DNA from: an uncultured Colwellia sp.
GTDB taxonomy: Bacteria; Pseudomonadota; Gammaproteobacteria; Enterobacterales; Alteromonadaceae
DNA length: 64,000 bases
Assembly (NCBI GenBank): GCA_965305135.1
Contig: CBDLPA010000017.1
Coordinates: forward strand, 7,620 to 71,619
Direction: 5' to 3'
Part shown: positions 10,445 to 19,312 of the stretch, one piece after another
Numbering within the stretch: the first letter of the stretch is position 1
Layout of the letters: each line of letters begins with the position of its first letter
The notes under the pieces: generated by a model
Seen by the model: the letters and a program-made list of their open reading frames with translations, nothing else
What the model was told of the DNA's origin: nothing
The model's database searches: none
Position numbers and translations under genes: made by a program

Positions 10445-11470
10445 ATGAAGAGAAAAAGAATGCTAAATAATGACGTAACTATAAAAAAAACCTCCACAGA
10501 AACGACGATAAGATCAACTAAAGTTACCCCTGGTACAAAACTGCGTGATGCTGAAAAATTAGCTCACATACCTATAAAAGTTGTCACTTCAATTCCTGAA
10601 AACATGCTACGTAAACCTGCATGGTTGCGTGTAAAGCTACCTCGTAGTAGTGAGCGTGTCGATAAAATCAAAGCTAACTTGCGTAAACATAACTTACATT
10701 CGGTTTGTGAAGAAGCATCGTGCCCCAACCTGTCTGAATGTTTTAATCACGGCACAGCTACCTTTATGATATTAGGTGATATTTGTACACGTCGTTGTCC
10801 ATTTTGTGATGTTGGCCATGGTAGACCATTAGCAGTAGACACTGACGAACCTAAAAAATTAGCCTTAAGTTTAAAAGATATGGCATTAAAGTATGTTGTC
10901 ATTACTTCTGTAGATCGTGATGATTTACGTGATGGCGGTGCACAACAGTTTGCTGATTGCGTAAAAGAAATCAATGAACAAGCGCCTAATACAAAAATTG
11001 AAATTTTAGTGCCTGACTTTCGTGGCCGCATGGATAGAGCATTAGAGATACTCAATCAGCACCCTCCTCACGTATTTAACCATAATTTAGAAACCGCACC
11101 TCGTTTATACACAAAAGCACGACCTGGGGCTAACTACCAATGGTCTTTAGACTTATTAAAAAAATTTGGTGAAGCCAATCCAAACGTTACCACTAAATCG
11201 GGATTAATGGTTGGGTTAGGTGAAACCAATGAAGAAATATTGCAAGTAATGCGCGATTTACGCAGTCATGGCGTTACTATGCTAACAATAGGCCAATACT
11301 TACAGCCGAGTAAAGATCATCTTCCAGTAGAACGTTATGTGCACCCCGATGAATTTAACATGTTCCAAGAAGAAGCTGTAAAAATGGGCTTTGAGCACGC
11401 AGCCTGTGGGCCACTTGTACGTTCTTCATACCATGCCGACAAGCAAGCCGCTGGGGAAGAAGTAAAATAA
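10445..11470 (+). CDS. lipA: Lipoyl synthase (radical SAM)
   Basis: [12 protein letters not shown] and CTRRCPFC cluster motifs and C-terminal RSSYHA. True start may be ATG 10460. Confidence 0.96.
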   Translation: MKRKRMLNNDVTIKKTSTETTIRSTKVTPGTKLRDAEKLAHIPIKVVTSIPENMLRKPAWLRVKLPRSSERVDKIKANLRKHNLHSVCEEASCPNLSECFNHGTATFMILGDICTRRCPFCDVGHGRPLAVDTDEPKKLALSLKDMALKYVVITSVDRDDLRDGGAQQFADCVKEINEQAPNTKIEILVPDFRGRMDRALEILNQHPPHVFNHNLETAPRLYTKARPGANYQWSLDLLKKFGEANPNVTTKSGLMVGLGETNEEILQVMRDLRSHGVTMLTIGQYLQPSKDHLPVERYVHPDEFNMFQEEAVKMGFEHAACGPLVRSSYHADKQAAGEEVK

Positions 11471-11850
11471 GGAAATACAGGTACCAGAATACCCCCATTG
11501 ATTAATATGTTCAATTACTGGGGACATTTCACTTCAAAACCTGCCTATTAACTACCCTCTATTTTTGTCATTCGGTATTTTCTTTGCCCACTCCTGATAT
11601 TTATTATAATCCAATCTATAAAATGCCAAATCAAAATATACTATACCAGACCGCTCAGGAATTAGACCAACAGTTTCCCTTGATAATCGCACTACTAAGC
11701 TTTAGCCTTATTTAGGGAATAAATCTCTTTTAAGTAACGCTCTTACTTGTTAGGTTAAATTCACTTCACCTAGTATTTATACTACTAGGTGTATATGACA
11801 AACATAAAAATCAATGAATCTATTGTTATAAAATACAGAAATCAATTAGG

Positions 11851-12501
11851 TTATTGAGCAATATTAATACGATAAGCTCGTAAAATAATGACAGGGGTCG
11901 TTAAAATTTGTCCTTGCAAAAATTTAATATGAGTTTCACCTTTTCGCTCTTTGTTAGAAATTTTTTGTACTACATCCATGCCTTTAATAACTTTTGCAAA
12001 TGCTGGAAAACCACGACTATCAGGTTTTTGTCTACCATTTTGATCAAAAGAAGGAATGTCATCCAAACAGATAAAAATATCAGGAATTGCATGACCCGTC
12101 TCTAATATATCGCGTGCCATTGAAACCGTAGCTACTTGATGTTTTAGTTTAGAATAGGATGTTGCTTCAAAGTCATCTAAAATAGGTAAACCAGAATTTT
12201 TCACTGACGTTAAGTCGCCTTTTAAAATGAACTTGTCCACTAGACCTCCTTCTATAAATTGAGGGGTTTCCCCTGCGACTGACCCTGAACGATAAAAACT
12301 GGTTCCATTAAACTTTCCTTGCTCAATTAATGATAGAAAATACTTTGCACTTTTAGGAGCTTGTTTGTTGTTAACCTCAATAACGATATTACCCATCGTG
12401 GTTTCAAATATAACCACAGGTTTTTGATGCTTGTCAGTTGCCAATGCGGAAAAGGCTAATAACCAAGTAAACAATAATGGCGCACTTAAAAAAAATTTCA
12501 T
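11851..12501 (-). CDS. Exported cyclophilin-type peptidyl-prolyl cis-trans isomerase
   Basis: VVIFETTMGNIVIE, AP-x-SAKYFL, FNGTSFYR, VSMAR, AFAKVIKGMDVVQKI. Signal peptide if the start is ATG 12501 (MKFFLSAPLL). Confidence 0.8.
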   Translation of the reverse strand: MKFFLSAPLLFTWLLAFSALATDKHQKPVVIFETTMGNIVIEVNNKQAPKSAKYFLSLIEQGKFNGTSFYRSGSVAGETPQFIEGGLVDKFILKGDLTSVKNSGLPILDDFEATSYSKLKHQVATVSMARDILETGHAIPDIFICLDDIPSFDQNGRQKPDSRGFPAFAKVIKGMDVVQKISNKERKGETHIKFLQGQILTTPVIILRAYRINIAQ

Positions 12502-12511
12502 ACCTAATCCC

Positions 12512-14173
12512 TTATTTATTTTTAAACTTTTCAGATTCATATAACTTCTGCTTTCTTACCATTTCTTTTACATCTTCAAGCAATTGATGAGCATCGTACA
12601 CAATGCCATCTTTAATAGTAAATTCTATTCCTTTTGTTCTATCCATTTTATTGGTTGTAAAGTTGTAGAATGCATGTCCTGTTCCGTAGAGTACTTTAAA
12701 GTTATCTAAGGGGTTTTCATTCACAATGACCAAATCTGCTTTTTTTCCTAATTCAATGCTACCAATCTCTTTTTCTAATCCCATTAGTTTTGCACCATTT
12801 ATTGTTGCAGATTGCAATACCTCCAGTGGATGAAAGCCTGCTTCTTGGAGTAACTCTAATTCTCTAACATAGTTAAAGCCATATAACCCATAAATAAAAC
12901 CAGCATCAGACCCAACAGCAACGCTACCACCTGCATTTTTGTAGTCATTAACAAATGTCATCCATGTTTTATAATTTGCTTTCCATGCTATTTCATCAGA
13001 TGTTTTCCAATCAAAGAAAAATGAGCCGTGAATTTTAGGGTTTGGTGCAAACGCTCGATTAATGTACGGCATAGTATATTCTTTATGCCACTCAGCATTT
13101 TGTGCTCTACCTAAATCACGCGCTGCTTCATAAATAGTAAAAGTAGGATTTAACGTAATATCTAAATTAATCAGCTCAGAAATGGTGTTTTTCCATATGG
13201 TTGAATCAGGTGTCGCTGTTTGTTGCCATAAACGTCCTGCTTGGCTAAATCTATCTTGTTCATTATTATAGTTATAGTCATGAGGATAATTTTGAATACG
13301 CTTATTTTCAAACATAGCTTCAGGTAAACCATACCAATGTTCTATGCTTTTTACTCCCATTCTTGCTGCATCTAATGCATCTGTTCGAGTGACGGAAACC
13401 TGTGAAAGATGAAAAGCTGATCCCATATTTAATTGATTGGTTTCATCAAGTGCAGCCTTAATAATATCAGGTGCCGCCCCGATAAATTTCACACCATCGG
13501 CACCACGTTTATTAACAGATTTAACCCATTTTCTAGCAGCTTCGGTCGATACCATTTTCTCTGGAAACAAGGCATATGCTTTAATTCGTGGAGCTGAAAT
13601 TTCGCCTTGTTCACTGCGTTTCTTATGTGAAAGAGTGTAATCAAGTCCCATAAATGAGCCAACATCTCGCACTGTGGTAATACCATGAGCAAGAAGTAAT
13701 TTAAAAACATAATTTGGGTCAGTCAAAGCACCACCAAAAGCATGACTTGGGGTTCCCAGATGAGAGTGAACATCTATCAGCCCAGGGAGAACATATTTAC
13801 CTTTTGCATCTATAACACGTGTATCTTTTCCGTAAGCTTTACCCTTTAAATGAACTGAACCTGTACCACCACCATTAATTTCCTTAATGACATTATTCTC
13901 AATAACAATAGTCACAGGCCCCTGAGTTGGCGCACCAGTGCCATCAATTATGTTAGCATTTTCAATAACAAGCCTTTTATAAGGGCCTTTTTTCTCTTTA
14001 CCACTTGGTAATGCAGGCTTTGGGGCTGGAAAACCTAAGCCAATTACTTGTGAAATTATCTCTTCTCCAGCTTCAACCGCTGCAGAAGAATTTAAACCTT
14101 CTGTAGCAGATACACTTGCATGGATACAAAATAATAATGAAATCAAACATTGTGTTTTTCTTACATACTTCAT
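12512..14173 (-). CDS. Exported metal-dependent amidohydrolase (often annotated Xaa-Pro dipeptidase-like)
   Basis: LPGLIDVHSHLG metal motif, GITTVRDVG, GVKF, GSDAG, GSIELGKKADLVI. Start moved to ATG 14173 after an AGGAG RBS, giving a signal peptide. Confidence 0.85.
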   Translation of the reverse strand: MKYVRKTQCLISLLFCIHASVSATEGLNSSAAVEAGEEIISQVIGLGFPAPKPALPSGKEKKGPYKRLVIENANIIDGTGAPTQGPVTIVIENNVIKEINGGGTGSVHLKGKAYGKDTRVIDAKGKYVLPGLIDVHSHLGTPSHAFGGALTDPNYVFKLLLAHGITTVRDVGSFMGLDYTLSHKKRSEQGEISAPRIKAYALFPEKMVSTEAARKWVKSVNKRGADGVKFIGAAPDIIKAALDETNQLNMGSAFHLSQVSVTRTDALDAARMGVKSIEHWYGLPEAMFENKRIQNYPHDYNYNNEQDRFSQAGRLWQQTATPDSTIWKNTISELINLDITLNPTFTIYEAARDLGRAQNAEWHKEYTMPYINRAFAPNPKIHGSFFFDWKTSDEIAWKANYKTWMTFVNDYKNAGGSVAVGSDAGFIYGLYGFNYVRELELLQEAGFHPLEVLQSATINGAKLMGLEKEIGSIELGKKADLVIVNENPLDNFKVLYGTGHAFYNFTTNKMDRTKGIEFTIKDGIVYDAHQLLEDVKEMVRKQKLYESEKFKNK

Positions 14174-14258
14174 AAATTCTCCTAAAATTAGTACTCGATT
14201 ATTAGAGGCCAATCAACGATAAGAATTGACCACTAATAAATTGATATTGTTGATTTTT

Positions 14259-15482
14259 TTAATTTATATGACTTCGTAATCTAGCCAAAATAGTTCGCCC
14301 TAATTGCACATCGTCTAGATCGGGGCAGTGAAATCCTTCAGATACATAAAAGAAATCAATATTGCGATATGTATGTTCAGGATTAACACCCAGCTCTATC
14401 CATGGGTCTTTTCCCCCAGACACAACGACTTGTGGGATAACAATTTCAGAAATCATACTCGCGATATTCCAAGGCTTAGCGGTCAAGTATTCTGGCATAG
14501 TGCCAAAAGTGGCTTTACAATCGGCAACATGCTCTTCAAAACGATAATTAAACGGTTTATCACTAAAAAATGTACCTAGCTGAGTGCATTGCTGATATTT
14601 CCATGTGTACCAATTAAATCGTCCTTCTTTAGCCTGCTCAACTAACAGTTTTTTAGGGATGCGCTTTTTAATCCAATCATCCGCTTCCAGTGGCAGTAAT
14701 TTCTCAATAAACCAAGAAAACATGCTGGTTGGTAAGTAACTCAAAATAGAAATGTACGTTTTAATATCCTGCATTTCGGCCCGTTGTGTTAACAATGAAG
14801 TTAACACAACATATCGCTCACGGTTTTGCCACCCCTCGTCATATGGTGTAATGATGTCAATATTACCGATATGTTGATGAATACGTTCTACAAACTCATC
14901 ACCTAAATTTTCTCGTACTTTGTTACTATATTGGGGAATTATAAAAGGCCAGTTAATTGGTGCGCTTGAAGCCAAAATAGCATTGACAACTTCTGGATAC
15001 TTATGTGCAAAGTTGATCACTAATGCGCCACTATAACTATATCCACCAGCAATCCACTTTCCTGTATATGTTTTCTGCAATGCTGTAATTAAGCGATAAT
15101 AATCAGACAATGCATGCTCTACTCTGACATATTTAGGCACAGTTTGAGGGGTATTAGTTAAACTTTGTCCGTATCCTCTATGCTCTGATAAAATAAAAAT
15201 CATATCGGTGGGGCTACCATAAGCTTTAAATATTTTAGTCAATTTATCCTTTGTTGAATCAGTTTCGTTTCCCAAAATAAAATAAACTGTGGCATCATTT
15301 TTCACACCTATCGGTGTTAAAACAAAAAATTGTTGTTGAAATTGCTGGCCATTGGGATTCAATGGATTTACTGGTTGAGTAAAGCTGCGTTCTTCAATAG
15401 ATACATTAAGCTCAGAAGCAAAGCTTAACGCTGGTAAAATAAAGACAGCAATACACACAATTAGGTATGGGGTAAATAACAT
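14259..15482 (-). CDS. Exported serine peptidase, family S28 (prolyl carboxypeptidase / DPP-II-like)
   Basis: FTQPVN...F-x-Q, SEHRGYGQS (EHRxYGxS), nucleophile GGYSYSGAL, AILASSAPI, YQQCTQLG, GGKDPW (Asp), GFHCPDL (His). Confidence 0.82.
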   Translation of the reverse strand: MLFTPYLIVCIAVFILPALSFASELNVSIEERSFTQPVNPLNPNGQQFQQQFFVLTPIGVKNDATVYFILGNETDSTKDKLTKIFKAYGSPTDMIFILSEHRGYGQSLTNTPQTVPKYVRVEHALSDYYRLITALQKTYTGKWIAGGYSYSGALVINFAHKYPEVVNAILASSAPINWPFIIPQYSNKVRENLGDEFVERIHQHIGNIDIITPYDEGWQNRERYVVLTSLLTQRAEMQDIKTYISILSYLPTSMFSWFIEKLLPLEADDWIKKRIPKKLLVEQAKEGRFNWYTWKYQQCTQLGTFFSDKPFNYRFEEHVADCKATFGTMPEYLTAKPWNIASMISEIVIPQVVVSGGKDPWIELGVNPEHTYRNIDFFYVSEGFHCPDLDDVQLGRTILARLRSHIN

Positions 15483-15497
15483 AATGATTACTCTAAG

Positions 15498-15527
15498 AAA
15501 AAGGCTGAATAATAAATTATCCAGCCT
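15498..15527 (-). terminator. Terminator/attenuator hairpin between the TBDR and the S28 peptidase
   Basis: Minus strand AGGCTGGATAAT-TT-ATTATTCAGCCT-TTTT, ending about 15 bp before the peptidase ATG. Confidence 0.7.
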
Positions 15528-15542
15528 GAACTAAGGGGGGAT

Positions 15543-17834
15543 TTAATAAAAGCTATATGTTGCTGATATACCGAAGGTACGCGGTTCATTACGAGTAACC
15601 GCAACAAGACCAAATGTATTCATTTGACCTGTGTAAGAGTTTAAAAACACTTCATCAGTTAAATTACTACCAAAAATAGCAAATTCCCAATCACTTTGCG
15701 TTAATAATGATAACCTAGCACTTACGGTCGTATATGCCTCTTGCTCTAATGTTTCATGAATCTGATGATCACCTTTGTAAGCAATGCTGATAAAGCCACG
15801 CAGTTCACCTGCCCCTTCAATTTCTTTAAAATAATCTAACGCTACACTTCCCTCAAAGTTTGGGGAGTACAATAAAGGTGTGCCCGCTAAATCTACACCA
15901 CCACTGATGTATTCATCATATTCGGCGTCCATCCAAGTACCATTGAGAACTACGGCTAAATCAGAAGTGACTTGATAATTCATGTCAAATTCTAATCCTT
16001 GATTTGTTGCTTTACCCGCATTGGCTAATTGCACAACAGTGCCTACAATTTCTCTTACTTGTAAATCTTCATAATCCAATACAAACAATGATGCATTCAA
16101 GGTTAAATCATCATCTAGCCATGTAGATTTTAGCCCTAATTCATAACTTGTCGCTAATTCAGGATCAACACTGGCTGTAGCATCTGGCGTAACAATAAAG
16201 CCAGAATCCGTTGCTGGCGAAGGATAAGTATTAAAACCTCCTGACTTATATCCCATCGTCACACTACCGTAAATCATGGCGTCATCAGATAATTTATAAT
16301 CCACAACAAAACGCGGAGAAAAATCATCCCAATCATCATCTAAGTGTTGATAAGCTGGATTAGGAATACCATTTTCATCAACAAACTGTGATGCTATTGG
16401 CATAACAAAACCTAACCCTCCCAAATTAACTGCACCTTGTGTTTGAATGGGATTATTGTAATGAATACTTTTATCATCACTCGAATAACGAGCTCCTACA
16501 GTGAGATTTAATTTATCGTTAACATGCCAAGTAGCATCACCGTAAACGGCAAAACTATCAGTAACAGTACGAACTTGGCTATCTTCAAGAAAAGGTGCAC
16601 CATTATTAAGGTTACTACCTATTAATGGACCAAAATCAAATAATCCAATTAAAAAGTCCATTTTATTTCGTTCGTGTGAATAACTCGTGCCAATAAACCA
16701 ATCCAGACTATCACTTGCTCCAGATAATCGAAATTCTTGGCTTATTGTTTCGTTATGTTCTTTAGAGCCTTCATTTTCACCAAAATAATATTCCGTACCG
16801 TCATAATCAGAAGTATTAAAAGTAGTAAAAGTTCTATAAGCTGAAAGCGAAGTAAAAGTGATACCATCATTCACAAACCAATCAACTGATAAAGAATGGT
16901 CGCGTACCCGACGGTCTAATATTGGTACTAAAGGGGCTTGATCATTATTTGAATTTCCCCAAAAATCTAAGCCTCCATTAACCATTTTTTTATCATCATG
17001 TACTTGAGCTAATTCATCAATAGGATAAACAGATGAATAATTCTCTAAATTAGTAGACACCTCATCAAAACGACTCCAACCATTAGACTGGTTTACTTCA
17101 ATATCATCATGAGGATACCAAGTAAATTTAAGGCGACCCGATGCACGATCTCTAGAGTTCCCTTTCACTGAACTTAACTTGTTTTCTTGCCACCCATCTC
17201 GTTTGCGTACAACACCCGACGCACGCACGTATAATGAATCATCAATTAAAGGTATATTAATTAACCCCTTTACAACTTGAGAGTTATAGTTACCAAGCTC
17301 TAACGCTATTTCGCCAGATAAATCCTCGGTAGGTTTTGCCGTTACTATGCTAATAGCCCCACCAATAGAGTTACGACCAAATAACGTACCTTGTGGGCCT
17401 TTTAAAATTTCTATTCTTTCAATATCCATCAAATCGGTAAGTGCGCCCCCATTTCTGGACGCATATATACCATCAATATAAATACCAACACTAGGATCTA
17501 CACCAACACCTGTATCATTCGAGCCAACACCACGAATATAAGATCGTGGAAATGCATCACTTCCCCCAACAACACTAAAACCTGGGGTAACATCAGTAAG
17601 GCCTTTAAAATCAGTAGCACCAATTTGTTTAATCATATCTCCACTAAAAGCTGACATAGAAATGGGTACTTCTTGTACACTTTGCAAACGTTTTTGTGCA
17701 GAAACCATTATGACTTCTATATCGCCATTGTTGGTTAATTTATTTTTATCTTGTGCGGATATTTGCGTTGACATACAAATTGCACTTGCCAATAAGGAAA
17801 TAGAGGAAACTCTACTTATTGTTGATATATTCAT
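15543..17834 (-). CDS. TonB-dependent receptor
   Basis: EVIMVSAQKRLQSVQEVP, IERIEILKGPQGTLFGRNSIGGAI, C-terminal PRTFGISATYSFY. Confidence 0.93.
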   Translation of the reverse strand: MNISTISRVSSISLLASAICMSTQISAQDKNKLTNNGDIEVIMVSAQKRLQSVQEVPISMSAFSGDMIKQIGATDFKGLTDVTPGFSVVGGSDAFPRSYIRGVGSNDTGVGVDPSVGIYIDGIYASRNGGALTDLMDIERIEILKGPQGTLFGRNSIGGAISIVTAKPTEDLSGEIALELGNYNSQVVKGLINIPLIDDSLYVRASGVVRKRDGWQENKLSSVKGNSRDRASGRLKFTWYPHDDIEVNQSNGWSRFDEVSTNLENYSSVYPIDELAQVHDDKKMVNGGLDFWGNSNNDQAPLVPILDRRVRDHSLSVDWFVNDGITFTSLSAYRTFTTFNTSDYDGTEYYFGENEGSKEHNETISQEFRLSGASDSLDWFIGTSYSHERNKMDFLIGLFDFGPLIGSNLNNGAPFLEDSQVRTVTDSFAVYGDATWHVNDKLNLTVGARYSSDDKSIHYNNPIQTQGAVNLGGLGFVMPIASQFVDENGIPNPAYQHLDDDWDDFSPRFVVDYKLSDDAMIYGSVTMGYKSGGFNTYPSPATDSGFIVTPDATASVDPELATSYELGLKSTWLDDDLTLNASLFVLDYEDLQVREIVGTVVQLANAGKATNQGLEFDMNYQVTSDLAVVLNGTWMDAEYDEYISGGVDLAGTPLLYSPNFEGSVALDYFKEIEGAGELRGFISIAYKGDHQIHETLEQEAYTTVSARLSLLTQSDWEFAIFGSNLTDEVFLNSYTGQMNTFGLVAVTRNEPRTFGISATYSFY

Positions 17835-18063
17835 TCTTCACCCTCGATCTTGTTGATAGTTATTTTTATTATTAACAGACTTTATTCAGAAACTATGACT
17901 ATGTCTCTATGCCCATTTATCAAACTAGACTACGTTGTTTAAACACTGTACTCCCTGCTGAAATGCCATGATTTTCTACACAAACACCAAATGTTGAATA
18001 TAGATGGGCGATAGATTGCGGCATTCACACGCCTGTATTAAGATGAATTACAAATAAATAGAA

Positions 18064-19092
18064 GTGAATAAACTGATGGCAGAATCAACCACACTGACCG
18101 AAATAGATAACAAACATATATTCTCTTTTTCTCCAGAAGAGCTATTTAGTCGGTGCCATCAGAATTTAGACGCCGCTTCGATGGTTTCTGTTTACGATTT
18201 ACTTTCTCCCAATCAAGAAGATTGGATTGAAGGCAATTATAATTTTTGGTATTTCAACGATGAATTTGCTGTTGGTTTCCGAGATTTAAAAATAAAACAA
18301 GACCTTACAACAATATCCCCCTTAAAAAAAACATTAAGTTTAGAATATTTACTGATTGGCGGTTCAGACATGCAATTAGGCCAAAAAAGTATTAATGCTA
18401 ACGGTATGCCAAAAATTTATATTTCAAGCCATTGCAACAATGGGCAACAAACTCGGTTTTATAAAAAAGGTGAGTACATCAAAAGTATTGGTTTTTGGAT
18501 AACCCCTGACTACCTTAAGCAAACCTTTGATTTAGATATGGAACAATTGCCACTAAATTTCAAATCAATGTTAAATTTAGAACAAGATATTACAGCCATA
18601 ATCCCAATGACAAGCCAAATTAAAGTGATAGTAAGTGAAATGCTCTCTCCCCCTTTCACTGGCGCATTGTTAAACCAATACTTGCAAGCAAAAATGACAG
18701 AATTACTTTGCCATACAATATTAAGTATGTTTTCACCAGAGTTAACTTTTCAAGAAAATAATCAACTGTCTCGTCAAAAATCTAACGTAATGAAAAAGTT
18801 ACTACAAATTTTAGAAGAGCAATCTAGTTCGCCACCATGTTTAGAGCAACTAGCTAAACAGTTAGCAATAAGTCGTAGTTCAATGACAAGTACATTTAAG
18901 GCAAGTTACGGAATGACAATATCTGACTATGTATTTCAAAAACGCATGAATAAAGCTCAGCAATTATTGAAAACGGGTAAATATACTGTATTAGAAGTGG
19001 CGTTAGAAATTGGCTATGATGATCAATCTAGTTTTGGAAGAGCCTACAAACGTTTCTTCAATTATCCTCCTAATGAAGAACGACCTAAGTAA
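18064..19092 (+). CDS. AraC-family transcriptional regulator
   Basis: C-terminal double HTH (LEQLAKQLAISRS...FK; VLEVALEIGYDDQSSFGRAYKRFF); divergent from the TBDR. Confidence 0.9.
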   Translation: MNKLMAESTTLTEIDNKHIFSFSPEELFSRCHQNLDAASMVSVYDLLSPNQEDWIEGNYNFWYFNDEFAVGFRDLKIKQDLTTISPLKKTLSLEYLLIGGSDMQLGQKSINANGMPKIYISSHCNNGQQTRFYKKGEYIKSIGFWITPDYLKQTFDLDMEQLPLNFKSMLNLEQDITAIIPMTSQIKVIVSEMLSPPFTGALLNQYLQAKMTELLCHTILSMFSPELTFQENNQLSRQKSNVMKKLLQILEEQSSSPPCLEQLAKQLAISRSSMTSTFKASYGMTISDYVFQKRMNKAQQLLKTGKYTVLEVALEIGYDDQSSFGRAYKRFFNYPPNEERPK

Positions 19093-19224
19093 CCTAAAAT
19101 AGAACGGTTATGGTTACTTATATTTTCAATTGTCTTGGCGACTAGTCACTAAATAACTTTAATACCGTATATCTCCATCACTGTTAAACCGCATAAAAAA
19201 TGATATTTTAATTAAATCATAAAC

Positions 19225-19243
19225 AATAATACAAATCATTTTT
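19225..19243 (+). promoter_or_regulatory. Putative Fur box upstream of the hmu-like operon
   Basis: AATAATACAAATCATTTTT matches 13/19 positions of GATAATGATAATCATTATC by manual comparison; the AT-rich context weakens this. Confidence 0.4.
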
Positions 19244-19312
19244 ATTTGCGTAAAAATAAATCTAATGATAACCTACTCGCCAATAGTAATACTTCTCACT
19301 TAGATTTAACAA

